Positions 1-14,145 are shown, counted from the first letter of the stretch. The stretch is 64,000 bases of DNA from Octopus vulgaris (GCA_951406725.2 OX597817.1:38378001-38442000); one strand, 5' to 3'. The notes: a model not told the origin generated them from the sequence alone. Made by a program: numbers and translations.

Positions 1-47
1 GTTTATCGTTATTTGTATGTACAGGTCCGGTTACGATTTTTAACTTC

Positions 48-49
<2 letters not shown>

Positions 50-116
<67 letters not shown>

Positions 117-120
117 GTGT
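50..120. repeat. (GT)n microsatellite
   Basis: Pure GT dinucleotide run; explains the CVCV ORFs. Confidence 0.98.
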
Positions 121-644
121 CGAGGACTGGTGGTTGATCATGCATTCAAGTTACCTCCGCCTACGCCACCAATATTGTCCAAAGAGAAAATCCGCTGCTT
201 TAGGGCTGATACAATTTAGTAATAGTGTCATAGAAAGCTTTGTTGCTAGGAAGTAGAGAACCGGTACAGTTACCTCTTCTCCAACTGACCTTCCAGCTTC
301 ATCGCCCTAAATTAGTACCTGGTTTGTTTGTTTTTTTCATCGAACTCCGAACTCGAAAGGATGAACGGCATAACTGCTGGTTAACAAAAGTCAATGGGAT
401 TTCCTAAATTCAAGGATGGCCAAGACTTTATTATTTAATGTGTTCTTAACTTTTAAAGATGCTTGAGTTTAACATGGAAGATACTTGGTTGTCGTATTTA
501 TCATGACCTTGTAAGTGGGGCCCAGTTAGAATTTTCTTCAGGTCGAGTAGCCCATCACGGTCAAAAGGTCTCTGAATAAGTGTTGTTTAAGAATTATAAA
601 CGCAACGCCCATGTTGCCAGAGGTGAATTATTAAAACCCCAAAT

Positions 645-800
645 GTTGTTGTTAGTGTTGTTTGTTGTCGTTGTTGTTGTTGTTATTGTTTCTGTTGTTG
701 TTGTCGTCGTCGTTGTCATTGTTGTTGCTGCTGCTGCTGTTATTCTTGTTATGATGATTATGATGATAACGACGCCGACATCGACGATGATGATTATAAT
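645..800. repeat. Degenerate (GTT/GCT/GAT)n trinucleotide repeat
   Basis: Direct reading; explains the poly-V and poly-T ORFs. Confidence 0.9.
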
Positions 801-1439
801 AAAGCTACCAATCATATCTATTGTTATATTACCTTTTTGTCCTATTTCTTCATAGTATTGTTTACTATAAAGTGTTAAAATGATTCATCGTACAATCTAC
901 ACTCTGGTCACTACGAAAATACTTCAACGCCAAGAATATGTGTATAAAACCAGGCGATAGTTAATCGACGAAATGTTTTGACACTTCATCGTATACAATA
1001 CAATCAAAGAAAAAAAAACAAAACTAAAAATAACAGTAAGAACGTGAATTATAAATTACTGTCGTAACTCTTCTATAGTTGTGTTTCATTTTCAACACAC
1101 GACCTCAAATCAATTTACTTTCCAAGCAAGCTCAACTCTCACTAGCACCAAATGTCCTCACATTATTATAACAAAACCGTGAGAAAACAATATTAAGAGT
1201 CGATAGTATACTAAATAGTTGGGAAATATGTTAGGTGAAACAAATAATGTATTGTTAGGAGAAAGTAATAATGTCCATTAATGAGTTGAGTTTTTGAGGC
1301 CCCATTCAAGATTTCCATGTTTATGTTGCGTAACAGTGGGAGTCCTCATGACATATGACATCTCTCTACTAAATTATTCGTCATAAGTTCTAGGTATGAT
1401 TCCTAATATTTTACAAAGGAGGAAATAGGAAGTCATCTC

Positions 1440-3100
1440 TCAGGGATATCAGTGACGAATTTAAAAATTAAACGTATTTGTCTGACAGCCAAAAATAGGC
1501 TACGGGCTTGAATAGCCATGAAGTTCGCCTCCACAGTATGAGACTCGCTAATAAGGATGGAAACATCTGTGATTAAGAATTTATTTCATTATGGAAAACA
1601 TAAATGTCTTAAAATTTTTGATAGGCCTCTCTTCTTGTGCTATCCATTTTAGTAACCAAAAGGAAATTTGGGTGATTGATGAATAAAGCAAATTATCACT
1701 AACTATATATTAGACATCGTGTAATGAGTTAAAATGTAGTCTGTCTTTAACATTAAATTGTCTGGCAGTCCTTTACAAGATCAAACCGACTCCTCTCAAT
1801 TGCTGCTGGTACTCATTTACAGCTGAGAGAACTGGAGCAAGGACACAACGCGTCACCCAGTCGAAGATTTGAACCCACAACCGCAAGCCCAACACCCTAA
1901 TCACTAGACTACGTGCCTTCCACATCGTGTTGGAGAACTGTGAGAGGAGAGAGAGAGTGAAAGAGAGAGAGGTGGAGGGAGAAGTCTGTTTAAGTAATTT
2001 ATATTAAAATATTTCCCGATGTTCTGAAGTGCACTGGGATCACCAGAATATTAAAATCAATATAGTTGCGTAACATGGTACTTTTTTTCTTTATTATTAG
2101 AGTAAACAATATTATTTTTCAATTCTTCATGGACTGTTGAAGAGGCACCTGGCTGAACTGCTAGCGTGTCGAGTAGATTTGACGTTTGTGGGTGAATGTT
2201 TTATCATAAACACTTTGCAGATGGTTATGAGATTATATATCCCCTTCTAGGTGTTGAATTACATATGTCCTTAGACAAGATACTTAATACTATTTGTCTG
2301 GATTTTTATTTTAAACCATGGCTGATCAACAGAAGCAACACGAACTCCATCACCATATCTGGCATCATAACTTAGCATTCCATTCCAATTAAGAATATTC
2401 TTCACTTCAAAAATATTCGTTTGAAATTAGGACAGCTTAGTAACTGGATGAACGTGGTGGTTGACTCCTCTCCCTCCCCCTCTCTCTCACACACACACAA
2501 TACATCCTTCATATTTTAGCAATAGCACTATTTTACTTCATCAACATGAAACGTTCTAACTTTAAACCTATGTTTTTTGTATTGGAAAATAATAGGATGC
2601 AGGGAATTAATTAACAAACATTATTGCCAAAGATGTACCAAAAGTGAATCTAAAGACACAGTTTTGAGTCGTGTGAGAGAGCTAGCAACAATAATAGCCG
2701 AATAGTGTTAGACGGAAGTGATTGAGAACGTTCTGTGGGAAGGACCTAACGAAGAAAAAAGAGTTAACAATGAGATTTGAGACGAGTGATAACAGAAGAG
2801 ACAATAGGAAAACTGTGGAGGAATGTACACACTCAGCAACTACAAAAGAGCAAAGACCGTTGTTGGGAGGATAGACTGTATTCAGAAGTTATGAAATGTT
2901 GATTAGTGGAGTGTTCTTATCAAACAAGCGGTATTCTAGATACAATGAATTTCTCATGTGTGAGGTATTGTCTGGTGAAGAATGTATTTAGTCTTTGTAT
3001 AGAGAATTTTCTGACATAGATACATAAGTATTATAATGCAGTCTTGACTATTCAATAATATGCCGTCGACAATAAAGATTGTTGAAGATAGAAAAATGTA
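1440..3100 (-). mobile_element. Heavily decayed Penelope-like retroelement ORF remnant (putative)
   Basis: The minus strand near 2330-2370 reads ccagatatggtgatggagttcgtgttg, resembling a frameshifted PDKGNGVV motif of PLE RTs. There is weak further similarity near 2200-2280 and 1480-1570. It lies directly 3' of the minus-sense hammerhead repeat at 3160-3462, as expected for a pLTR-ORF layout. A SINE interrupts it. Confidence 0.35.
1800..1920 (-). mobile_element. tRNA-derived SINE (family C) fragment
   Basis: Reverse complement gives a tRNA-like head (tagtgattagggtgttgg...gggttcaaatc) followed by gcgttgtgtccttgctccag...ctcagctgtaaatgagtaccag, shared with the copies at 30240, 37000 and 59355. 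Confidence 0.7.
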
Positions 3101-3159
3101 GATTTTTGTAGAGAGCATTATTGGTTTTAACTGGGATAAAACAATAGGCTACAAAATAA

Positions 3160-3936
3160 GAACGAATATTTGCATATTTATTCTTAATAAATATGCAGGT
3201 TCAGACGCAAAATATGCTCAACGTCACAGGAGAATAACTTCTTTTTTACGACGACTGTATGTTTAACACACTTAACTCAAAGGTGCACAGGATTCTGGGA
3301 CATCAGTGTTTCGATGTGTTGTGTCTCGTCAGCTTTAAGCATATGAACCATTGAGCCTAAACCTAGCAGCTGGCTTTGATTATACTTTCAGCGAACAAAC
3401 TGCTTTTTATGATCGGTGCTTCTATCGACCAACCGATAAAAAAAAATCGCTATTTGCATCGTGTACAGCGGTCGAGACACCTTTGTACCAGAATCCCTTG
3501 CACCAATGAATCGAGAGCGTTGAACAGATTGTTGTAAAAGAAAGAAGTTATTCTCTCGTGACATACACTACAGCCACCAGCGTATTTTGCATCTGATCTT
3601 GACTCGACGTATTAAGAATAAATATGCAAATATTCGTTCCAGATCTCGCTCATCACGGTGCAAATAACGCTTTTTTTTTTTATCAGATGACAGATATAAG
3701 CACCGATCAGCAAACAATTTGTTCGCTGAAAGCATAAACAAAGCCAGCGGCTCGGTTTAGCCTCAATGGTTCGGGTGCTGCTGACTGACTAGACACAGCA
3801 TGTTGAAATACCGGTGTCCCAGAATTCGATGTGAGTTAATCGCTCTCTCGTCATTAAAGAAAAGTTATTCTCCTAAATAACATCAATAAACATATTTTGC
3901 ATCTGAAGCTGCCTAGACGTAATAAGAATAAATATG
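3160..3936. mobile_element. Inverted plus tandem pseudo-LTR-like repeat carrying degenerate type I hammerhead ribozymes
   Basis: 3160-3189 is the exact reverse complement of 3610-3639, and 3290-3462 is inverted at 3654-3826. Minus core: CTGACGA gacacaacacatc GAAA cactgatG TC (3332 to 3299). Plus core: ctgactga...GAAA taccggtG TC (3781-3818). Confidence 0.7.
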
Positions 3937-3989
3937 TATATACTCATGCGAAATCTTTTTTTTTTTTTTTTACAAAATAAGTGTTGAGT

Positions 3990-4410
3990 AATAATACTGC
4001 AGAGTAGTGGGTAGTATTATAATGTGGTGGGTAGTGTTGTTGTGTGATGGATAATGTTGCAACGTGGTAGGCAATGTTACGATAACGTTTACTGTGTGGT
4101 GAGGAGTATTGCAGTGTAGAGTGTGGCGGGTGATGTTGAAGAGGGAAGAGGTGCGATATTGTAGTGTGAAAGGTATTATCATAGTGTGGTGGAAAATGTT
4201 ATAGTGTGGTGGAAACTGTTATGATGTCGTGGGTAGTGCTGCAATGTGGGAGTAGTGTTGCAGTGTGTCAGGTTGTATTTTGGTGTAGTGGGTAGTATTA
4301 TAGTCAGGTAGGTAATGTTGTAATATAGTAGATAGTGTTGTAATGTCGTGTGAGTGTTGCTGTTTAGTGTATAGTGTGACAGTGTAGTGTGTGAGTGTAT
4401 GTGTGTGTGA
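3990..4410. repeat. Degenerate GT-rich (gtagtgt-like) low-complexity tract
   Basis: Repetitive gtagtgtggt-like units. Confidence 0.75.
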
Positions 4411-4880
4411 ACAAGTGGCCAGAACAAAATAGAGAGAGAATTAAGTTTCACGACTAAGAGAAAGTTTGTCCAAGAAAACAATAAGCGAGCAATCAGTTCT
4501 TTAATAAAAGGAAGTATATTAAAGTATAGGAGCGTGGACGTGCTACTGACAATAAGTTTATAGTGTGGGTGGGTGTAAGTGAGTGTGTACGCATGTGTGC
4601 ATGTGTATATGTACATAGGTGTGTGTTTGCGTGTGGTGTTGCTGCATGTAAGCACGTGGGTGTGTAGTTGTGTGTGTGTATATAACTGAAGGCGAATCGA
4701 TTGTTTAGCTTATGTGGGTGTATGTATATATATATATATACTATTCTAAAGCGGAAAAGAAATTGTTTACGTTGTAACTGAATAGGTGGATTGACAATTA
4801 TACATAGTTAACTCACACTGGTTATAAGTGACTCCACAAACCAGATTTCCATCATCATTATCATCATTATTATTATTATT

Positions 4881-5155
4881 GAGTTCAAATTCTGCCGAGG
4901 ATGACTTTGCCTTTCATCCTTTCGGGATCAATAAATTAAGTACCAGTTGCGTACTGGAGTTGATCTAATTGACTGGCCCTTCCCCAAAAATTTCGGGCCT
5001 TGTGCCTAGAGTAGAAAATATTATTATCATTATTATTGTTGTTGTTGTTATTATTACTATTATTATTTCATCCTTTCGAGGTCGATAAAATAAGTTGTAG
5101 TCGACTATTCCTCATTTCTCCAAAATTGCAGGTCTGGTGTCTTTAGTAGAAAAAC
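4881..5155 (+). mobile_element. SINE family A, 5'-truncated copy plus adjacent partial copy
   Basis: gagttcaaattc...gactttgcctttcatcctttcgggatcaataaattaagtaccag...gggccttgtgcctagagtagaaaa with an (ATT)n tail. The central domain resembles the Meta/MESC-type SINE domain. Confidence 0.85.
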
Positions 5156-5742
5156 TTATTAATATTTTTGTGCATTGACGATGTTAAATCGATGCCATTA
5201 CTTGACAAGTTACTATATTTTGTCTAAACCACAAAGAATGAAATGATAAATATGGACCTCTGCGGAATTTGAACTTAGAACGTAAAAGACCATAACTAAA
5301 TTCTACAGGAAACAACTCACAGCTGGCCGAGTGGATATCGTATCAGAAAATCGGTAAAAGATCGAAGGTTCGAATCCCGGTATTGAGACTACACTGCATA
5401 AATGTTCAAAATACTTTACTACTGCTAACCTTTCTATAAATAGAAATAGAAACCTTCATGTACCGATTATGACAACAACGAAAGTCACTAGGTGTCACTA
5501 GATACTCGTTCGAACAATTAAAAGTAGCAACTGAAATTTCCCCAAATATGTCCCATCGTTTAAAAAGAAAAAATAAGCAAAACAAAAAGGCAAGATGGTT
5601 ACATCTTGTAATCCTACTGTATATTTAGTACACATACGGTAGGGTTAGTGTGCAGAATGCTCATTTGATGTATTTTCCATATTGTTGATATTCACAATCA
5701 GCGTCACTACATCCCCCACCATATGTGTGCGTGTATGTGTGT

Positions 5743-5808
<66 letters not shown>

Positions 5809-5870
5809 GTGAAGTGTGTTCCTGTGGATATATATAACTATCTGTATACATGTATGTACATACATACACG

Positions 5871-5931
<61 letters not shown>

Positions 5932-6829
5932 TATATTATATTATATTGTGTGTGTGCATTCCTGTGTGTACAGACACATATGCTTCTAATAAGAGCCAAA
6001 CATCTCCGTTACTTTAATTAGTTTGCTTTAAATATAAGATCTTTTCCAGTCCTTATTGTGTATATTGTCCAAAAATTTCAATCAACTGATCCTATTAACA
6101 TTATCTCCCTTGTTTCGTGATTTTACATTTTAAATATTCCTAAAGTGATGTTTAGTACTAACCAGTTGCTTGGATTATCTCAGTTGAAAGAAGACTTTCA
6201 ACTCATTATATAACTTACGATCAGGGGTTGCTTGGGGTAAACAACAACAACGACGATTTTCTTAAGAGGAATGTCCTACTGCAGGTGTTCATTATAATAA
6301 TATAAAACCAGGGCGAAAAGTAAGGAACATTACAAAGATGAATTGCAAAACAGTTGGAAAAGGGTATTATATCAATTTCGAAGACATATAAATGAATGGC
6401 AAAACTATTTTGAAGATAAGGACGAAACCATCCGTATTCTGAAGGAAAAGCAGAATAAATCGTTGCTATTATGTTAAATTTGGCCAAATGCGTTTTTTTT
6501 TTTCAATATTTATTTCTGCTTGCAATAGAAGGTTCTTTTGGTTAAAGTATCGCATCTCCAGCTGCTTAAGATGCCAAGAAATCGAAAATTGTCAAAGTGT
6601 AGTAGAACGGTTTTGCTATGGAATGGTGAAACTATTTTTTCGTTTTCTGAAAAAGCAACGTTTTAGACTTACGATATTTTTGAATAATAGCAACGAAATT
6701 ATATTTTAAGGAATCTAAATTCAAATATACAAATGTTTATGGATCGTAAACCTCGAAATGAAATGAAAGACGGAAAAGAGCTTGTATATTATACATGTAG
6801 ATTTAATATTTTACCTTTTATTTGCTTCA

Positions 6830-6990
6830 GTCATTGAATTGCGATCATGCTGGAGCACCGCCTTGAAGAGTTTAGTCGAACAAATCAACGTCTGTACTTA
6901 TTTTAGACTTACTATTTATGCTATCGGGATCTCTTTCTATTGTTCTTTTTTGCTGAACCGAACGGTTGTCAAGCTGTGGTGGGAAAGAAA
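6830..6990 (-). mobile_element. SINE family B, 3' half
   Basis: Matches 62101-62270 (catgctggagcaccgcc...gtcga...tctatcgg...gaaccg...ggttgtcaagc). Confidence 0.8.
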
Positions 6991-7078
6991 CACAAACAAA
7001 TGCGCGCGCGCACACACACATACATACATAATACTTACATACACAGATACACACACACATATATATATAGAGAGAGAG

Positions 7079-7128
<50 letters not shown>

Positions 7129-7130
<2 letters not shown>

Positions 7131-7443
7131 ATGGAGTTAAACCCAGGTTTTATTCAAATCTTTATACTTCCGACATATGTTTCGAAGAAAACTAGTATTA
7201 TTCCAGAGGGAATAAAATGAGATAAAACAATGCGATCTTCTCATCAGAGAGAGAAAAAGAGAAACAACATCAGTAAACCATTCGGTTAAAATGGCTTCCT
7301 GATGTTGCTTCTTTTTTTTCCCTTGATGAGAAGATCGCATTGTTTTACATCATTTTATTCCCTCTGGAATAATACCAATGTTTTCTTCGAAACATATGTC
7401 GGTAGTATAAAGAGTTGAATAACACCTGCGTTTAACTCCATTT
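7129..7443. mobile_element. ~315-bp fold-back element with a hammerhead ribozyme in each arm (PLE pLTR-derived)
   Basis: Arms 7129-7282 and 7290-7443 are reverse complements around a ~7-nt loop, with hammerhead cores on both strands. Confidence 0.85.
7167..7252 (-). ncRNA. Type I hammerhead ribozyme (core intact, stem I weak)
   Basis: Minus strand: ctct CTGATGA gaaga...tcttc GAAA catatG TC ggaag. Stem II is gaaga/tcttc, stem III is the palindrome CATATG and the cleavage triplet is GUC. Confidence 0.75.
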
Positions 7444-8711
7444 CTTTATTTATCTGTTATACAAAATCATTTCACTAAACCCTGGAATTTCTATTTTTTA
7501 AGTTGGCTGTTACATCTTTGGTACTTATGCGAATTTTTTGCTACACTGGTAACTATTTATTTATTTTTTACCTGTTATTTGTACACATTGAAAAAATACA
7601 CATACATTAATATATATTTATATATATATATATATATATATATAGATTTGTTGTATAAGGCCGGAACAATGCATTGTTCTCACTGCCGGTATCCACGTAG
7701 GATTTGAATTCAGAACGAAAAGAAAGAACTTATGCAAATACCATAAAGCATCTTGTCCGACGCTCTAATAACTCTGCCAAGCCCCCCTCCTGAACTGGTA
7801 CTTCATTTATCGAGCACGTAAGAATGATAGGCAAAACTTAACTCGGTACGATTTGAACACAGCACAGACATCCGGAACGAATACCGCAATAACATTCTTT
7901 CCGATGCTCTATCGACTCCCGAATTTGCCACCTCAAACACCTATTGTTAAAGCGTTAATAAAAAGAAGTCTATATATTTGTGAATATCTAATAGAACGAC
8001 AAAAATATATTCAAAATTAAGAATTATAATACCACAAGACACCAAGTCTGCTAGAATTAACATTTCAAACTCACCCAGATCTTCCCCTACTGACTTAAGA
8101 CAGAAAGAAACCGTGGATCCTTGTCTTTAGTAAGACAGAGTAGACTTGGCTTGAATAGCTACTCATGAGTCTGTTCTGTCAGAGCCGAAAACAACAACAG
8201 CGAGAAGCATTTTACAGGGCTAAAATTTCTCTGTCGTGAAGTTGATGCAATGATTTATCCAGTACAATAAGAAACATTTACGAGAGATAGCGAGAAAGAG
8301 AGGGAGAGCTGTTTTAAGTGCTAACAAGAGGTTTGAGAACAGTGAGCAGTTGCCCTGGCGGTCCGCGGAGCTAAGAGCCCAATGGTAATTAATCTATGTA
8401 TGCTGTGGTTTACTGTTAATAAATAAATACTATGGGTTCCAGTGCATTGTTTTGCTCGGGAACCTATACACTCACGTACAGAAACACAGAAACCTACACA
8501 TGTATGCATGTATAGGTACATGTATATACGCATGTATGTAGATATGTAAGTATACTAAGTATATACATGCGCGCACACACATACACACCCACATATTGCT
8601 ATTTATATGTATGTGCGCACACGCATCGAGACAGTGTACGTGTTTGTATTATGTATGCACGTCCGTGAAAATGTATTTGTGTGTGTGCGTGTGCAAGTGC
8701 GTGCCAGCGAG

Positions 8712-8968
<257 letters not shown>

Positions 8969-9362
8969 GTGAACGTATGTGAGTGAGTGTGTGTACGTAT
9001 GTGTGTGTAATACAACACGTAACTTAGAAAAATCACAAAGAAAAAATGTCGACTGACTTTGTTCTCAGAAAGTTAGTTGAGAAGCTGTAAGAGGGAGAAA
9101 GGACGCTGATCACTGAAAGTGTCCACACTTGAGAGAATCTATGGGCGGTAGCCGAAGCTTTGATATAGATATAGGTAAGGAAAACATCAAACAGGGCACG
9201 TGGGATGAGAGAGAACTTGTGTGGTATATAACTACTGTAGCGTTGGTTAGTTAAGATAGGTGGGTAAGGTGGTGGTTTTGATAGGTGGATGAGAATGTAG
9301 GAAGGTCATTAGCAAAATGGATAAGTATGAAGCTGAGTATGTCTGTAAGTCTACGTATGTGA

Positions 9363-9412
<50 letters not shown>

Positions 9413-9435
9413 GAGAGAGAGAATATATATATATA

Positions 9436-9984
9436 CAGGGTGTTCCAAAAGAAACAGTGCACTGAACATTTTCATAGGTATACATAAAGAAACAGTGCAC
9501 TGAACACAAGAAAGGATATTTATAGTTGAAAATGTTTTCGTGTCAGTATGGCTGCAGTTGGTGATGTCTTTGGGGATCGTGTGATCTCTCGTGGTTTGTG
9601 GCCACCTCGATCACCGGATTTAACACCTCCTGACTTTTATTTGTGGGGCAAATTGAAAGACTCAGTGTATGCAGACAATCCTCGAACTACGGATGAACTG
9701 AAGCAGAAAATAACAAGTGCTATTCAAAACATCAAACCTGATGAACTTGAGTGTGTTTTTCAAAACACGCAGCGTCGCGCTCGTTTATGTCTGCAGGTGA
9801 ATGGCGCACACTTTCAACAGTTATTGTAGATCATATCTTACTGCACGAGTCAATCCTCAATCGTACTTTAGTTGATAAGGTATTGAATTTGTGAATATTT
9901 GCAATAAATAGTATTTTTCTGTGAGTTTTGTTTCTTTGGGTTATTAGCATATTCCTACTGCACTGTTTCTTTTGGAACACCCTG
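9436..9984 (+). mobile_element. Internally deleted Tc1/mariner element (rosa/DD41D-like) with intact TIRs
   Basis: TIRs cagggtgttccaaaagaaacagtgca / tgcactgtttcttttggaacaccctg flanked by TA. ORF 9548-9829 encodes the transposase C-terminus GDRVISRGLWPPRSPDLTPPDFYLWGKLKDSVY...NGAHFQQLL. Confidence 0.92.
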
Positions 9985-10029
9985 TATATATATATGTGTG
10001 TGTGTGTGTGTGCATATATGTCTGAGTGC

Positions 10030-10064
<35 letters not shown>

Positions 10065-10203
10065 GCATACGCACGCATATATTTACATATACTCACATTA
10101 TATATATATAATGTGAGTATATGTAAATATATGCGTGTGTATGCATACAACATACATCCACACATACATACATACATACATACATACATACATACATACA
10201 TAC

Positions 10204-10237
<34 letters not shown>

Positions 10238-10329
10238 CTAGGAAGATAAACAAATATACACACATACATTTATCTCCTCATCATCGTTATCATCATTGGG
10301 TCGATCTCGCTCGGATTCACATGTCCCTA

Positions 10330-10830
10330 ATCCTCCACTCATCTTTTAGATGACATGTGCTACTTCCTCTCGGTGACATTCAGTGTTATTTGCTAAATGA
10401 GCAATGTCTGTCTTCACAGACTGACCAAAGTAGTGCGTCACTAACCAGCTCCTCTTTACTTCCCCACTAATGCCCAGTACAGCGAACTCTTCTTTTTCTA
10501 ATGTGTCTGATATTTTTATGTACCTAGTGGCATAATTTTCCTTTGGAGAAGTGTTTTTCCTGTTCATAATTACAATAACGTGAAGCATGTGCGTACAGGT
10601 GCCATCCAATATATTTTCAATATTTTTGATTAGTTACCAGGTAGAGGATTCAAAAAGACACAGGTTCAATCACTTTGAGGATGTTCCTCTTAAGCTTTGC
10701 CAGGATATTGAAACTTTTAAGTCCTGTCCAAGTTTTACCAATACATAGTATAATATCTGTAAACACTATGTCGCTTCCGAGGTACATGATAGAATTCATT
10801 GGTTTCATTGAGCTTCTTGATTTCAGATGA
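10330..10830 (-). mobile_element. RTE-clade LINE, decayed RT C-terminal fragment
   Basis: MYLGSD...IGKTWTGLKSF...LKRNILK...IEPV...STW...LDGTCTHMLHVI matches the RTE pattern YLGS...KAW...VESVLLYG.ETW...LDG.YTRMLR. Confidence 0.75.
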
Positions 10831-11399
10831 CATCCTAAAGAATGCTTTGGCGGGAAACTTGTCAACACTAACAGGCCTGGAAAAACTGTTATAAAATACG
10901 AACTGAATATCAAAGTGCGTAAACTTCACAGCAGATGGATAGAAACTCTGACCAAACTCGAAATCAGGAATGCCACTGGCTTGGAAAAACACATCGGCTG
11001 AGACGTTTCTTTCTTCTTTTCTATCTTGTTGACACTTGTTGCAGGAAAATGCATTATCCATGATGCTCGCAGGCGCTCCGAGACTTGAGCTTGATGTTAT
11101 TACTGATTCATTTAAACTGTTACAGTCAAAGCAGCAAGAAAAACCATTATCAGAGAAAAGATTTCAGAGAACAAATACCCTGTGAAGAAAGGATTAGGCC
11201 TAATGGTCAGTGCGGTGCTGAAGGTGTTGGAAGAAAGTTAGAGGTACGAGACCAGCCTGCGCCAAGGAATGGAAGCCATTATAGTTGCAATAGATAAGGC
11301 AGAGAGAGGAAAAGCGTGCCTAAAGGTCCGAGGCTGCAGTGTTTCCATTAGAGTCTGAATATCAATTTGTCGAGTGGCTCTTCTCAGGATGCTGTTCAG

Positions 11400-12212
11400 G
11401 ATATCTTTCTGCGCAACAGTGCCGCTATCAAGACGCTGGAATTGAAGACTAGGACAACTAATGAAATACTTCTCCAAATTGCAACTCTGACTACAATCAA
11501 AATCCAACCAATAAATGGACTCAGGGTTTTATCGCACTTTTCTCTAAAACATGTAATTTAGTGTAGAATTACCAGAGTATTACAGTAATAGCTATAACAA
11601 CTAAGATCTTTAATATAACAATACACAATCGTATCTAACCGAAGTTCGAAAAAATTCTTCGCACAAACTAGAACGGATAAAGAAAGAACCGCTCAAGAAA
11701 ATAGTTTAGTATAAACAGTCAGACAAATTATAGAGGACATCCAAGCAAAGAATCTTCTTGCTAGTCTGTTTGATATTTATGGATTCTTCAAAAACCTTCT
11801 AATCAGAAATAAGACACAACGAATTCTACTAGCCTATGGAATCCCCCAAGAAACAGTAGCGGTAACAAGGATGCTTCACCAAAACACACGAGCTAAGGTA
11901 CTTTCACTCGATCAAGACATTTTCGACATTCTTGCTAGAGTTTTACAAGGAGACACCCTCATATCATACTCATTTAAACTCTCTCTCTCTTGTTTATGCA
12001 CTCCGCACTTCAGTAGATAACAGCAAGAAACTTAACTTTACCCGTACAAAATCAAGAAATTCCGGATACCCACCCTCAACAATAACAAATTTACATTATG
12101 CCGATGATTTAGCTCTAATAACAGTTACGATTGCAGGAGCCACTACTCTGCTTCACAGACTGGAAGATGCTGCGGGAGGCATTATTCTTTATGTTAACTC
12201 TGGGAAAACAGT
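11400..12212 (+). mobile_element. RTE-clade LINE, decayed RT core
   Basis: Frameshifted motifs NYQSITV, LLAYGIPQE, RVLQGDTL and ITNLHYADDLALI...LLHRLEDAAGGIILYVNSGKT. Confidence 0.88.
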
Positions 12213-12294
12213 TTCTGAGTGGTTGTTGTGTGTGTGCGCGTGAGTCTGTATGTAATATGCATGTAAACGCACACAAACGAACTTGCATACTTAC

Positions 12295-12473
<179 letters not shown>

Positions 12474-12641
12474 GGCAAACAGAAACACAGAGGGACATAG
12501 AGAGACGGAAAGAGAGGTTGAGCTAAGTTAACAGTGCAGGTTTAACCACTTTCACCAACGCCTGTACAGTAATGCATATGCGCGCACATTGATTAATAGA
12601 CATTCCCACGAACGTAATAACTGATCTTGCTGCCGTATACA

Positions 12642-12799
<158 letters not shown>

Positions 12800-13074
12800 G
12801 ATATATACATAGTTATCTGAAATTATCTGTTCGAAAACCCCACTGACACCAAATCAAGACATTTTCATACAACCTAAATAGAAGACATAGTCTTCCCACT
12901 ACAGGAAGTTTTTCTCCCTTGAGGGAGTTTTTGTCTTTTAGTTGCAATGTAGATATAGATATGTTTTTTTTGTGTGTATGTATAACATACATGTGTGTAT
13001 GAGTGTATGTTAGCAGTAGTAGTAGTAGTAGCAGCAGCAGCAGCAGTAGTAATAGTAGTAGTAGTAGTAGTAGT

Positions 13075-13375
13075 ATAGCCGAATAGTTGGGAAGTTTGCT
13101 TCACAACCATGAGGTTCTCTGTTCGATCTCAGTGTAACATATTGGGAGTATCCTTCAGATTGCGCGGACGGACTCTGTACAGAAGTCTATTAGTTGGATT
13201 ACAATGTAATTCAAAGAGAAAACTTTGTCACACACGCTGTGTCACGCTAATTCTTTCAGATAATTACGAGAATATGTTTCTGGAATATTCAGCCACTTTA
13301 CAGATTAAGTTAATGTGCACGCGACTGATCGAACAACTGAGTCCTCCTCGTCGAAACCGACGGAGATCCATCCGT
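13075..13375 (+). mobile_element. SINE family B-like variant with an alternative 3' tail
   Basis: tRNA-like head (gaatagttgggaagtttgcttcacaaccatgaggttc). The tail tgtcacgct...gtcctcctcgtcgaaaccgacggag is related to 20165-20380. Confidence 0.6.
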
Positions 13376-13522
13376 TTATGTGGGTATGAGTATATATGTA
13401 TATATATGTTCACGTGTGTGCATATATATATATACATGCATATACTTATACACATACATACGTACCTACATATATACATACATACATATATATATAAAAT
13501 TGATACATACATTTATAAATGC

Positions 13523-13555
<33 letters not shown>

Positions 13556-13911
13556 CATACATACATACATACATACATACATACATACATAGAAGGTGTA
13601 CACCTATCTTGAATTATCTCTGAGAAAACCCTGCTGACTCCAAAACCGAGACATTTCCACATACCCTAACTCACTGTTTCTGTACTAAGACATTCGACCC
13701 GCTCACACATCGTCTAGACTGATAGTCTCTATAGAACCTTGTACATAGGAAGTAATCAAAAATTAGTTGTTTAAACTACGTCTACCATCCGTCGAAAGAG
13801 ACAGGTATACCTAATTTGGCAGAGAAGAGAATACTTGTTGTCTAGCCCCCAGGTCAGCCCTGATTGAGCAGGCCTATATACGAGGCACGTTTGTAAGTAT
13901 ATACATACATA

Positions 13912-14008
<97 letters not shown>

Positions 14009-14114
14009 AGGCACTGTAAATGGGAAACCGTATAATTGCTTAACAGCAACACAAACGCGCGCTCGCACACCCACGTTCCCTCACACATGCATACACATAT
14101 ACATGTGTGCGCGC

Positions 14115-14145
<31 letters not shown>

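Noticed and set aside
2137-2185. ttgaaga-ggcac...gtgtc hairpin resembling hammerhead stem II
   Set aside because: Followed by GAGT rather than GAAA, with no stem I or III.
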